DNA of 64,000 nt from Candidatus Latescibacterota bacterium (GTDB taxonomy: Bacteria > Latescibacterota > UBA2968 > UBA8231). The stretch lies in contig OZ242214.1 of the NCBI GenBank assembly GCA_965206595.1, positions 1,344,001 to 1,408,000 of the forward strand, read 5' to 3'. Shown here piece after piece: positions 9,302 through 19,281 of this stretch. The translations under genes were made by a program, and so were the position numbers. Under the pieces are notes generated by a model. It was given only the letters and a program-made list of their open reading frames with translations. It was not told the DNA's origin and did not search any database. The stretch's first letter is position 1. Every line of letters starts with the position of its first letter.

Positions 9302-10185
9302 CGCGGTCTCCGTTGCTTCGATTATGGGGCTCCTGCCGGCGCCGGCCGGCCAAGATAGCTTACCCCGCAGTCGTGTGAAACGGAGAGCGAACATGTACCG
9401 GACCGACCTCGTCCTCAACCGGAACTTCCAGCCGGGAGCCCCCTACGGCCCGGAGCAACAGGCGCTGCTCGACTCGGAGACGATGGCCGCGGTCAGGGAA
9501 GAAGTGGGCTCCTGGCCCGGGTACGAGCCGACCCCCCTGGTGCGGCTCGACGGCCGCGCCGCGGCCGCGGGAATTGCCCGGTTGTGGTGCAAGCACGAGG
9601 GCCCGCGTTTCGACATCGGCAGCTTCAAGCCCACCGGACCGACCTACGCCATGCTGACCGTGCTGCGCGGCGAGATCGAGAAGGCCGCCGGCGTCCGCCA
9701 CGCCCCGACGCGGGAGCTGCTCGACGGCAGGTACGCCGCCGCCGGGGTCACGGTCTGCGCCGCCACCTCGGGCAACCACGGCCGCGCCCTGGCCTGGGGG
9801 GCGCGCATGTTCGGCTGCCGCTGCATCATCTACATGAACGACAAGGTGAGTTCCGGAAGGGAGGCGGTGATCGCGTCCTTCGGAGCCGAGGTGGTGCGCG
9901 TCCCCGGCTCCTTCGACCGGGCGGTGCAGCGCTCGTTCGAGGATGCCGAGGAGAACGGCTACTTCGTCATCTGCGACCGGCAGCGGCGCTATCCCGAGGT
10001 GCCGCTGCGGATCATCCAGGGGTACGCCCTGGTCGGGGAGGAGATCGCATCGCAGCTGCCACTACCGGAAGCCCCCACGCATGTCTTCGTGCCCGGGGGC
10101 AGCGGCAAGCTCGCCTCGGCGGTCTGCGCGCGTCTTTGGGAATGCTACGGAGAGGCGCATCCGCGGGTGGTCACCGTCGAGCCGG
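9034..10185. repeat. ~1.15-kb direct repeat, copy 2
   Basis: Matches 2050-3200. Confidence 0.95.
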
Positions 10186-10595
10186 AGGCCTCGGCCTGCC
10201 TGCGCGAGAGCGCCCTCGCCGGCAGGGCGGTGGAAGTGGGGGGCGACGCGAGCACGGTCATGGACGGGCTGGTCGTCGGCAAGGCCTGCGTCAACGCCTG
10301 GACGATCCTGGGGGCTGGGGCCTTCGCCTTCATGACGGTGGAGGACCGTGCCGCGACCGACGCCATGCGCCAGGCCGCCGAAGGGGCGGACGGGGACCCC
10401 GGGGTCGTGCTCGGCGACACCGGGAGCGCCGGCTGGGCAGGGTTCCTCGCGGCGTCGAGCGACCCTGGTTTGCGCGAGCAGCTGGGGTTGGACTCCGACA
10501 GCCGCGTGGTGGTGGTGGCGACCGAAGGGGCTACCGACCCGGAGGTGTACCGAGAGATCGTGGGCAGGAGCCCCGAGGAGGTGGAGGGGAGATAA
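9393..10595 (+). CDS. Diaminopropionate ammonia-lyase family PLP-dependent enzyme
   Basis: YEPTPL, GSFK (PLP lysine), ATSGNHGRALAWGA, TVMDGL, ATEGATDP motifs. Confidence 0.85.
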   Translation: MYRTDLVLNRNFQPGAPYGPEQQALLDSETMAAVREEVGSWPGYEPTPLVRLDGRAAAAGIARLWCKHEGPRFDIGSFKPTGPTYAMLTVLRGEIEKAAGVRHAPTRELLDGRYAAAGVTVCAATSGNHGRALAWGARMFGCRCIIYMNDKVSSGREAVIASFGAEVVRVPGSFDRAVQRSFEDAEENGYFVICDRQRRYPEVPLRIIQGYALVGEEIASQLPLPEAPTHVFVPGGSGKLASAVCARLWECYGEAHPRVVTVEPEASACLRESALAGRAVEVGGDASTVMDGLVVGKACVNAWTILGAGAFAFMTVEDRAATDAMRQAAEGADGDPGVVLGDTGSAGWAGFLAASSDPGLREQLGLDSDSRVVVVATEGATDPEVYREIVGRSPEEVEGR

Positions 10596-10639
10596 CCAGG
10601 GAAGTCACCCTCCCCTTGGCCGCCCTGTCTGGTCGGCAG

Positions 10640-10930
10640 ATGATCCCAAGGTCTCGCACGTGACCATCGGCACGGTCTTGGAACGGCATAAGGTCACCTC
10701 CAACAGACCACACCTGGAAGGAGTCGAAGGATCCGGGCTTCTCCTCCCCAAAAAGCCCCTGCCCAGCTTCCCTGTGCAACTTTTTCGACGTAGACCAAGA
10801 TCTCCGAACAGATGTTTCGGGCCAGAGCGTAGTGGTCTTGGTGGGGGTGCGAGATCACGCCTCCCAGCAAGCTGCCATCCGGCTCCTGAAAACCAGAAAC
10901 CTGAGGCAGCAGGCCCTCTTCCTCTTTCCT
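10640..10930 (-). pseudogene. MBL-fold metallo-hydrolase fragment
   Basis: LLPQVSGFQEPDGSLLGGVISHPHQDHYAL (HxHxDH motif); no intact start or continuation. Confidence 0.55.
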
Positions 10931-10934
10931 CCAG

Positions 10935-11159
10935 ATGCCTTCTCGACCCGTCGCCGTCGCCGGGCGTACGGCTGGGTGGGCCCTCAACGGACCCTCAGGC
11001 CCCGGATTGATCCGGATACGGGCCGACGGCAACCAAACTGTACTGCGAACTCGGTCGAAGGACTGGCAAACGATTGTCACTCAGGGGAGTTGCCGGACCC
11101 TTGCGGAGCGCTGTCCGCTTTGACCGAGAGTCCAAAAAGGCGCCTCATTTTTCCTATAC
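10935..11159 (+). mobile_element. Second IS91/ISCR oriIS-like terminal module (no transposase)
   Basis: Diverged copy of 3325-3506 (TGCCTTCTCGACCCG..CCTCAACGG..TGCCGGACCCTTGCGG..GAGAGTCC) ending GCGCCTCATTTTTCCTATAC. Confidence 0.65.
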
Positions 11160-11384
11160 TTCGGCGAAGCATCCCTGCCAAGACGGCGTCGAGACCTAGA
11201 CCCAGACGCGGCTGCCGGACGGCAGTCCGGCGCGGCCGTGAAAGGCGTCGGCTTGCCAGACGGCGGGGAACGCCGGGACAAGAGCTAAGCCTGTAGGGAA
11301 CGCAAGCGTCGAATTATCTTGCCCGAAGGAGGTATGTCGGGCTATTGGGGTGATGCAATCTCCCCCAAAGGAGAGAATCTCGGG

Positions 11385-12152
11385 ATGGGACACGAAAGAT
11401 CAGGGGCGCTCCCACGTTCGCAGCAGTGGCGAGAGGTTGTCTCTTCGATAGCGGCACTTCAGACGGAGGGACAAGTCTCACAGGTCGCGAGGGCTACGAT
11501 CCATAATGTTCGTAAGCAATTTCACCTGATTCATAGAGATAGGGGGGTAATAGCAGCGTTCGGCTTCCTGATAGCGCTCTCGAGATCATCCGTCTCAGAT
11601 CATTCTCAGCGGCCTCATGTTGACCTCTCATCAAATCCCTCACCGCTGCGAATCTCCATAGACCTGTCTAAGTGGATCAAAGCTCACCTTGACTCCGTTG
11701 AGTATGCTGATATCGCACAGAAGGCTGCTACGGAGGTGGTCGGAACGTGGACCCGCCAGCAACAGCAACAATCGACCATTTTCCCCGAATACAGCAACGC
11801 TTCTGAAGTGTGGAGGAAAGCCGGAGGCGCCAGAGGTTTCTGTGAGGTAGCGAGGATTTTCTTTGCCAAATTCACTGAGAGATACCTCCATTTCTTCTTG
11901 GATAGAGAAGCCTCAGCCGTCCTCCCAGGTGTGGAGGAAAGGGACGGGTTTTCCAATCTCCTAGAAGAGCATGTCGATGCCGTTTCCACCCATGCGTTCG
12001 AAACCTCCAGAATTACGCAGTCATTCGCTGCCGGTTGGTACAACAACCACGCCCGTACGCGGATGCCTTCAAATGAGGAAATAGAGGGATTCTTACGGGT
12101 CGCATTCGGCAAGATCCGGGAGGAACTGATGCGGGAGAGTGTCGCTAAATGA
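11385..12152 (+). CDS. Helical protein starting MGHERSGALP, candidate QatB-like partner of a QueC-like enzyme
   Basis: AAGGAGAG RBS 9 nt before ATG 11385; lower GC; ATGA overlap with next gene. Function inferred from recalled family context only. Confidence 0.6.
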   Translation: MGHERSGALPRSQQWREVVSSIAALQTEGQVSQVARATIHNVRKQFHLIHRDRGVIAAFGFLIALSRSSVSDHSQRPHVDLSSNPSPLRISIDLSKWIKAHLDSVEYADIAQKAATEVVGTWTRQQQQQSTIFPEYSNASEVWRKAGGARGFCEVARIFFAKFTERYLHFFLDREASAVLPGVEERDGFSNLLEEHVDAVSTHAFETSRITQSFAAGWYNNHARTRMPSNEEIEGFLRVAFGKIREELMRESVAK

Positions 12153-12311
12153 CTCGCCCCATCATTCTCTGCAATGGTGCCGAGATGACGCCGGGGAAGG
12201 CCGCGGAGTCCCTGTATCGGCTAGACTATCTGGATGAGGCCACAAGGAATGTCAAACTACTACTCCCTGACTTCGTCAAAGGGGTGTATCACCTACCCGA
12301 CCGATTCTTAG
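12149..12311 (+). pseudogene. N-terminal fragment of a probable QueC/QatC-like gene truncated by IS1380
   Basis: MTRPIILCNGA..NVKLLLPDFVKGVYHLPDRFL stops at the IS end; resembles the N-terminal region preceding DLLEIAAY in defence-associated QueC-like proteins. Confidence 0.45.
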
Positions 12312-14171
12312 CCCTTGTTATTCATGGAATTTTAGTGGAGAGGGCTGTACTGGGTGCCTCCCATGCTTAGATTTCAGAGGGAAACACAAGGCAGTATCGC
12401 CCTTTGAACCCATCACACAGTAGGACACCCAATGGGTGAATTACCGTCACACACCGAGTCCGAGCAAGCCGGGCCGATTCAGCCGTCTTTCAACCGCTCC
12501 ATCCACATCGAAGCCCGCCCCACCCACCTTGGCAGCGACACCGGTGCGCTGATGTTGCGTCAACTGCTCGAACACAGCCGGGTTCTGGATTGGCTCGACG
12601 CCCACTTCGAGGATCTCCGTACCCAAGACCAGATCACGCACCCGCTGCCGGAGCTGCTGCGCACACAGATCGTGCTGCTGGCACAGGGCTGGACCCACGC
12701 CGCCGACGCCGACGCGTTGCGCCAAGATCCGATCCTGCGTCTGGCGGTCAGCGATCGCAAAGGGCAGGCGCCGTTGCGCAGCGGCGACGAAGACCGGCCG
12801 CAGGGACTGGCCAGTCAGCCGACGCTGTCGCGCCTGCTCGAGCAAGCCTCGACTGCCTATAACCGCGAGGTGTTGGAGGAAGCCGTCCTGCGCAGCGCCC
12901 GGTCTCGTTGCCGGCTGCTGGAAGGACGGATGAAATACGAGGAGTTGGCCGTCGACATGGATGCCCTGCCGATGCCGGCGCACGGGCACCAGGCGGGGGT
13001 CGAATACAACGGCTACTTCCACGCCTCGGGGTACCATCCCCTGCTCCTCGGCTCGGCGCAGACGGGCGATTTCTTCGGTGCCGTGCTGCGGCCGGGCAAC
13101 GTGCACGCCCATGAGGGCGCCTCAGAGGCTCTCGGCAAGCGCTTGGACTGGATTCAGTCGCATCTGGCCCGGCGCCTCATCCTGCGCTTCGACGCGGCCT
13201 CGGTGAGCGGGTCTTTCCTGAGTGAGCTGGAAGCGCGGGCCGACACCTCGTACGTGGCGCGCATCAAGAAGAATGCGCGCCTGGAGGAGCTGGCTCGTGC
13301 CTGGGTGGAAGGCTATCAGCAGGAGCTGGCGCAGCACCCGGAAGAGCTGCGGGAAGAGGGTTTTCGCTGTCGCGAGCTGCGTTATCAAGCCAGGTCCTGG
13401 GCGCAGCCCCGGCGGGTGGTGTTGGTCCTGGTCCCTTCCGAGACGGAAGAGCTGCCCATCGCCCGCCACTTCTTCCTGATCACCGACCAGAGTCCCCAGA
13501 CGATGAGCGGCCGCGACCTGGTCGCCTTTTATCGTCAGCGCGGCCTTTTCGAGCGCATGCTCGGCGAGTTGAGCTCCACCCTCCAGCCTCAGCTCTCCTC
13601 TACCACCCGTCGCAAGCAACACTACCGGGGTCGAGAGCCGCGTCAGCGCACCCCGTCCCGGGATGCCTTCGCTGCCAACCAGGCGCTTCTGACCTTGAAC
13701 CTGCTGGCCTACAACCTGCTTCACCTGGGCCGCCAGGCCGCCGAACGCGCCGAGGCCCGACGCGGGCGGCCCCGCACATACGGACGCTCGACGACGGCCC
13801 TGAGCCTGGACAGTTTTCGACGGCGCTACCTGCGCCTGCCGTCCCGCGTCACCTTGCATGGGCGCAGGGTGGGCGTCATCCTGACCCAAGGGACGGCGGC
13901 TGCCTGGGATCGTCTGTGGAGATTTCTGGCCACGCTCAAACCGGTGGACGCGGCGATGGCGTAAGCGCAGGCCGGGTCGGTCGGGATGATGGGCTCGCAA
14001 AGGCAAGCGTCTTCGAGAAGGCGCGTACAATTTCAACAAGGTCGGTAGAGATAAGGAGACGGCTCTACCCAAAAAGCCGACTATAGAAGGGACGCAAGCC
14101 TCTGAGGCTAAGCAAAGGGGTCTCGGAAGCGCCTATGTCCGCTTATGCGCGGGTTGAATGAATAACAAAGG
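12312..14171 (+). mobile_element. IS1380-family insertion sequence
   Basis: 14-bp terminal IRs CCCTTGTTATTCAT / ATGAATAACAAAGG (1 mismatch); flanks TTAG (left) and CTAA (right). Confidence 0.9.
12432..13964 (+). CDS. IS1380-family DDE transposase
   Basis: SDTGALMLR, LASQPTLSR, HGHQAGVEYNGYF..YHPL, LRPGNVH, YRQRGLFE motifs. Confidence 0.9.
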   Translation: MGELPSHTESEQAGPIQPSFNRSIHIEARPTHLGSDTGALMLRQLLEHSRVLDWLDAHFEDLRTQDQITHPLPELLRTQIVLLAQGWTHAADADALRQDPILRLAVSDRKGQAPLRSGDEDRPQGLASQPTLSRLLEQASTAYNREVLEEAVLRSARSRCRLLEGRMKYEELAVDMDALPMPAHGHQAGVEYNGYFHASGYHPLLLGSAQTGDFFGAVLRPGNVHAHEGASEALGKRLDWIQSHLARRLILRFDAASVSGSFLSELEARADTSYVARIKKNARLEELARAWVEGYQQELAQHPEELREEGFRCRELRYQARSWAQPRRVVLVLVPSETEELPIARHFFLITDQSPQTMSGRDLVAFYRQRGLFERMLGELSSTLQPQLSSTTRRKQHYRGREPRQRTPSRDAFAANQALLTLNLLAYNLLHLGRQAAERAEARRGRPRTYGRSTTALSLDSFRRRYLRLPSRVTLHGRRVGVILTQGTAAAWDRLWRFLATLKPVDAAMA

Positions 14172-14256
14172 CTAAGTAATCGCCATAGCTCACCCCGTCA
14201 TCGCGTAGGGTGGTGCAGAAGCTCCAGACTTTGGAGACGATGGGAGCGGTGTTCAT
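14172..14256 (-). pseudogene. hsdM: Type I R-M methyltransferase, first 28 codons only
   Basis: MNTAPIVSKVWSFCTTLRDDGVSYGDYL, a typical HsdM N-terminus; ATGA-coupled to the upstream gene and cut by IS1380. Confidence 0.85.
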
Positions 14257-15872
14257 GTGGGGGCATCTCTTGTCTTGAGTCGCACAGCCAAAGCCTCGCC
14301 GCCGGCAGTTCGGCGATAGCGCTGGTGGCGACTTTGCGGTTTGTCCGGGAGGGTCATTTCGATCAGACCGGCCCTGAGGGCGGGGCCAAGGTATGCTTCC
14401 ACGAAGTGAGGCCGGTTGCTTATGCCCAGGATGTCCTGTAGCTGAGGACGGTTCATTTCCCCCGTGAGGATCGAGATCAGGCGTTCAACATGTTCTGTGA
14501 CATGTATGGTCTCATGTATGGTCTCATGTACGGTGTCTTGTGGGGCGTTCTGACCCTTCTTCTTGTTTTTCAATGACTTATCTTGTTCGGTCTCATGTTC
14601 GGTCGCCGCAAGCGAGGCCCGTTCATGGACCGGTAGGCGCACTCGAAACCAAGTGCGGTCGTCGTCGCTCTCAAAAATTGGATCCGGGGAGCCGTTCTGC
14701 CGCATGGCCCGGAAATCTTCGGCACGCCGGTTGAGCGCGCCTCGGCGAGGTCGAGTTCTTTCAGAAACTCACCAATACGCCGGTTCCGGTAGCGCCTGCT
14801 CACGGCCTGCCCCTTCTTGAAGTCATCCATACGGATGGAGCGGTCCGCACCCGGATAACTCAAGACCAGCAACTCTTCGCGGGTGATCCGAACTTCAACC
14901 GGCTCCCGCTCCTCGTATGAGCGATGGTAGATGTCGTTCACCAGCGCCTCTTCGATGGCACCAATCGGAAAATTCCAGAATCGCTCGGCCTCCGGCTTGT
15001 GGGGATACTTGACGACGATTTCCTTCAGGTAGTTCCGCTCAATGTAGCTGATCGCCTCGCTGAGAATGATGGATAACGGCCCGCGGAACTCCTTCTCCTC
15101 GAACTGATCGCCGCCCGGCCCATCGGGAAACCACACGACATCGATCTGGGTGGCCGGAAAAAACCTGTCCGGCCGCTCATTGAAGAACAGCAGACCGACG
15201 TTCTTCGGAAACATCGCCTCGGGCGGGCCGCCGACGATATTCAGGCGCTTGCCCAAGTCCTCAACAGATAGGCCCTCTGCTTCCGCTGCCAGTTCCGCTG
15301 CCGATTTCCCCGAGAAACTCACGGATCAGCCGATGGGACAGGTCATCAAGCGAAGCAGTCTGGCGATAGCGGTCGTCAAAAGGTACTGTGGCCGCCAGAC
15401 TGAGCAGCTCACGCTCGTCCTGACCCTTGGCGCGAACCGTGCTGCTGTGTCTGCGCATGAAGTAGGCCCAATCGTTGCGCTCCGCACTCAGATTCACTTT
15501 GGCTTTGTAGGGACGGGTTTCGCCGCCGGGTACCCAGAGGACGAGGATGGTCTGGCCATCGACGTTATAGGTAGCGGTGAGGGGATGGTAATGCGGCTGT
15601 ATGGCGGCATGCCCCAGATTGAGTAGTTCCTTCTGTATCGCATCGATGGCATCGGGCCTGATGCCCTTGGGCGGCAAAATTGGGCGGCCGTTTTGTTCCT
15701 CGACGCCCAGGACCACGTAACCGCCGCCTAGATTGTGGAAGTCGTTGGCAAAGGCGCAGATGGTGTGCAGCACGCTCTGCGGATTCCAACCAGCTTTGTA
15801 CTCGATGCGTTCGCCTTCGATGGGGCGCTGGCGCAGCAGGTGGTCGATGTTGATGGGAAGTTTGCCGGTCAT
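14253..15872 (-). pseudogene. AlbA_2 (Schlafen-like) + HATPase_c_4 + HTH protein, split by two frameshifts
   Basis: EGERIEYKAGW..HTICAFAND..GGYVVLGV; FPIGAIEEALVN..HRSY; RRYRNRRIGEFLKELDL; TLPDKPQSRHQRY; spread over three overlapping ORFs. Confidence 0.8.
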
Positions 15873-17422
15873 GCTGTTGCCGTTATGCTTCTGCGTTTTG
15901 CCCGCGTGTTGTTTTGAGACCGTGCAGCTTTTTCGGCTTTGATGCGCTCAAGAAGGCTGGATGCAAGCTCGTCATCAGGGTCTTGCGGGACGAGTTGGCC
16001 GGAGAAGGCTTTTTTGAGGGTGGATTGGCGCAGCATCTCCGCCTGATTCAAGGCCGAATCGATCTCTCGCTCCTGCTGCTCGATCGCCGCGAATCGCTCC
16101 TCCAACAGTCGGACAATTTCTTGCTGTTCGGCCAGAGAGCAGAGAGGGAGCGCGATCTGAGCAAACTTGAATGCACTTAAGTGGTTGATCCCCACGCCGC
16201 CTGCAACTTGAGCAAATTTCCCGCTTACATAGAAGAAGCGATACAACCAAAGCAGATAAACCGCATAGTCACGACAATGTGGTTGATGCCTGATAACGGT
16301 GTTTTGAAAGCAGCAATTCGGGATCTGATCGTTCCAAATCGCTGGCTTTCCGACTTGCGCTGCGCTGCCGGATGCTTCGGACAGCACTAAATCACCCTTT
16401 TCCAAACAGTATGCGCTTAGTTCGTGAGGAAGGAAGTCCATGTCGAGGATGTCGTCCAAATCCAAACCTTGTTTCGTAATGTTCGCAGCTCGTATGTACT
16501 TTGTAGGGTAATCCTTCGACCTGTTCTTTGGCGAACGTTGTCGACCGAGTTGGACGATTCCTACAGACTCGACGGTCAACCGTAGCCAACCATTCGGCAG
16601 TGCTTCTAGGTGGGCAATCTCCTCTTCTGTCATCGTTGAAACTGACTTGGGCATTCTTGGTCGAGCCGGCTTCTTGCCTGACTTGCCGCCTTCCTCCCAT
16701 TTCTTGACGGTGGCCTCCCACCCTTGGAGTTGCCGCTCGTAGCGCGTTTTTCGCTCCTGCTTGATGCGAGTGAGTAATTGTTCGGGCGTCTCAAGCTTGC
16801 CTTTGTTCTCTCCGCGCCACTGGGCCGTGAGCTTGCCTTCGAAGGCGTGCTTGAGCACGGCTTGGCGGTAGATATTGAGCTTCGCCCGCGCCGTCTTCAG
16901 GCTCTCGACGCCCTTGTCCAGTTCGGAAAATAGTTCCTCGATCTTGGCGACGATGCGGCGTTGTTCATTGAGAGGAGGTAGTCCAAAGTGGAGACCTTCA
17001 ACAAATCCCTTGGTAATGGCTTTGAATGTCGAGCCGGTGCCCTTGCCCGAAATCTCGGGTTCGATGCTTCTAAAAAGATACAAGAGGAACTTCGGAGCTA
17101 TCCCACCGCAAGAATGAATAGCTGCTAGACCACGGCCAATACAGCAATCTTGTTGCGCGAGATTGGTCGGTCCGACTGGGGCTCTAACTGACAGGAGAGT
17201 CGCACCCTGTTTGGCGATTTTGTTGGGCTGTGAGCAGTACATATTGACCGTTGGGTATAGATCTCCAAACTCCGCCTTTCCTTGGAAGAAGGGGAGACCG
17301 TCGCCAGAACGGTTGTAGGTTGTTGACGGCGGTGACTGCCCCATCACGATGTGCGCGAAGTCGGGCAGAACGCATTGTTGCCATCCGTTTGGAATCATGG
17401 TACTCACAAAATCGGTCGTCAC
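15869..17422 (-). CDS. hsdS: Type I R-M specificity subunit
   Basis: Two TRDs with PPLNEQRRIVAKIE and LAEQQEIVRLL conserved regions; KAFSGQLVPQDPDDE. Confidence 0.93.
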   Translation of the reverse strand: MTTDFVSTMIPNGWQQCVLPDFAHIVMGQSPPSTTYNRSGDGLPFFQGKAEFGDLYPTVNMYCSQPNKIAKQGATLLSVRAPVGPTNLAQQDCCIGRGLAAIHSCGGIAPKFLLYLFRSIEPEISGKGTGSTFKAITKGFVEGLHFGLPPLNEQRRIVAKIEELFSELDKGVESLKTARAKLNIYRQAVLKHAFEGKLTAQWRGENKGKLETPEQLLTRIKQERKTRYERQLQGWEATVKKWEEGGKSGKKPARPRMPKSVSTMTEEEIAHLEALPNGWLRLTVESVGIVQLGRQRSPKNRSKDYPTKYIRAANITKQGLDLDDILDMDFLPHELSAYCLEKGDLVLSEASGSAAQVGKPAIWNDQIPNCCFQNTVIRHQPHCRDYAVYLLWLYRFFYVSGKFAQVAGGVGINHLSAFKFAQIALPLCSLAEQQEIVRLLEERFAAIEQQEREIDSALNQAEMLRQSTLKKAFSGQLVPQDPDDELASSLLERIKAEKAARSQNNTRAKRRSITATA

Positions 17423-18111
17423 CTATGCAGCCAACGCCTCATTCAATTCATCAATCACGCTATCCATCCGGTCGCCAAAGATCCTGTACATCTGTCCTAA
17501 GCCGCCCTTGCCATCGAATGGAGCCATGTCCAGATCGTCGCGGCCCAGATGAAACGAGGTGATGATGTGGTCACGGATCATGCGCAGCCATTCCATCTGC
17601 TCCTCATTGAACTTCTCTCCGCTTCCACTGTGATGCGTCATGATCCAATTCTGAAAATTGCGGCGCACGGTTTCCGAATAGGGAGACAGTGTCGCGTCGA
17701 TACCGCAGACGCGGCGGATCAACGCCACGAGCGCGGTCAGTTCACTGGCCGGTTGGCTGCCCTTGTATTCATCCAGCAAGGAGTATGCCTGCCAGACCCG
17801 CAAAGGGGCCAGTCGAGGCTGGTCGCTCTTGAGCTTGTCGAAAACCTCGCGGATCATCTCGAATGTCAGCTCTCTGCGCCTGTGCGGTTGGGTGTAGAAG
17901 ATGGTCAGGGCTTCAATCATATCTCGATTCGCTTCCAAATACTGGCGGAACTCCTGTGCCATGGCTTCGGCATTCTCGTTCGCGTCGCCTTCCCATTCGG
18001 CGCGCTCCACGGTGTCCAGGCTGTCATGGTCGATGATCTGTTCCTTGTCGCGACGAATCGAGTCGATCAGCTCGACCAACTCGCCGTTGAACACGCTGGC
18101 CGCGTCACGGA

Positions 18112-19200
18112 CTAGTGTCCTGTCGCAGAGATTCGTTCACAAAGTCTCTTGATTTTGGCGAGGATGGAATCCGCCGTAGCCGTCCAGACGAAAGGGTGTG
18201 CGTTGGCGTTCCATTTGGCCGTGTAGCGTTCGATTCGCTCGATGAGCTCCGACACCTTGCGGAACGAATCGCGCCGAACCGCCTGGCGGGTGAGGATATT
18301 GAACCAGATCTCCACCTGATTGAGCCACGAAGCATACGTGGGAGTGTAGTGAAGGTGAAATCGGGGACGCCGTGCCAGCCATCGCTTGACCTTGGCATGC
18401 TTATGCGTGGCGTAGTTGTCGACGACGAGATGAATATCGAGGTCAGCGGGCACGTTGGCCTCGATGTGGCGCAGGAACTGGAGGAACTCCTGGTGACGAT
18501 GACGGGGCTTGCACTGGGTCATCACTTCCCCGGTGGCGATGTCCAGGGCGGCAAACAGGGTGGTGGTGCCGTGCCGCTTGTAGTCGTGCGTAATCCCTTC
18601 CACGTATCCCAGTCCCAGGGGCAGCATGGGCTGACTTCGTTCCAACGCCTGGATCTGGCTCTTCTCGTCCACGCACAGCACCAGGGCGTGCTCGGGGGGA
18701 TTCAGGTATAAGCCGACGATATCCCGTACTTTGTCGACAAAGAAAGGATCGGTGGAAAGCTTGAAGCGCTTGTGTCGATGGGGCTGCAAACCATACGTGC
18801 GCCAAATGCGATGAACCGCGTCCTTGGTCAGGCCGGTTTCTTCGCCCATGGAGCGCACCGACCACTGTGTTTCGTCTTTGGGCTTGGTCTTCAGGGTCTT
18901 GTATACCACCTCGGCTACCTGCTCGTCCGTGATCGATCGCGGCGCCCCTGAACGTAGTTCATCATACAAGCCATTGAGTCCGTTGTCGAGAAAACGCCGG
19001 CGCCATTTGCCCACCGTAGCTCGCGTCACACCCACCGCGGAAGCGACCGCTTCATTGGGCCAGCCATCGGCGGCCAGCAGCACCATCTCGGCTCGCCGCA
19101 CCAATCCGTGGGGAAGACTTCGTGATTTGGCCATCGATTCCAGTCGTTCCCGGTCCGACGGACTCAGCTCTAACGGCGTTAATGGACGCCCCGTCACCAT
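18112..19200 (-). CDS. IS630-family transposase
   Basis: [47 protein letters not shown]. Confidence 0.95.
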   Translation of the reverse strand: MVTGRPLTPLELSPSDRERLESMAKSRSLPHGLVRRAEMVLLAADGWPNEAVASAVGVTRATVGKWRRRFLDNGLNGLYDELRSGAPRSITDEQVAEVVYKTLKTKPKDETQWSVRSMGEETGLTKDAVHRIWRTYGLQPHRHKRFKLSTDPFFVDKVRDIVGLYLNPPEHALVLCVDEKSQIQALERSQPMLPLGLGYVEGITHDYKRHGTTTLFAALDIATGEVMTQCKPRHRHQEFLQFLRHIEANVPADLDIHLVVDNYATHKHAKVKRWLARRPRFHLHYTPTYASWLNQVEIWFNILTRQAVRRDSFRKVSELIERIERYTAKWNANAHPFVWTATADSILAKIKRLCERISATGH

Positions 19201-19281
19201 AGGTCTCTCCTTTCAGAAGGGGGATAAGGGAAACCTACGGCACTTTCAATTGTTTGTACAGTTAATTACACGACATGACAC
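18115..19281 (-). mobile_element. IS630-family insertion sequence
   Basis: IRs GTGTCCTGTCG / CGACATGACAC, duplicated TA in CTAG context at both ends. Confidence 0.93.
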
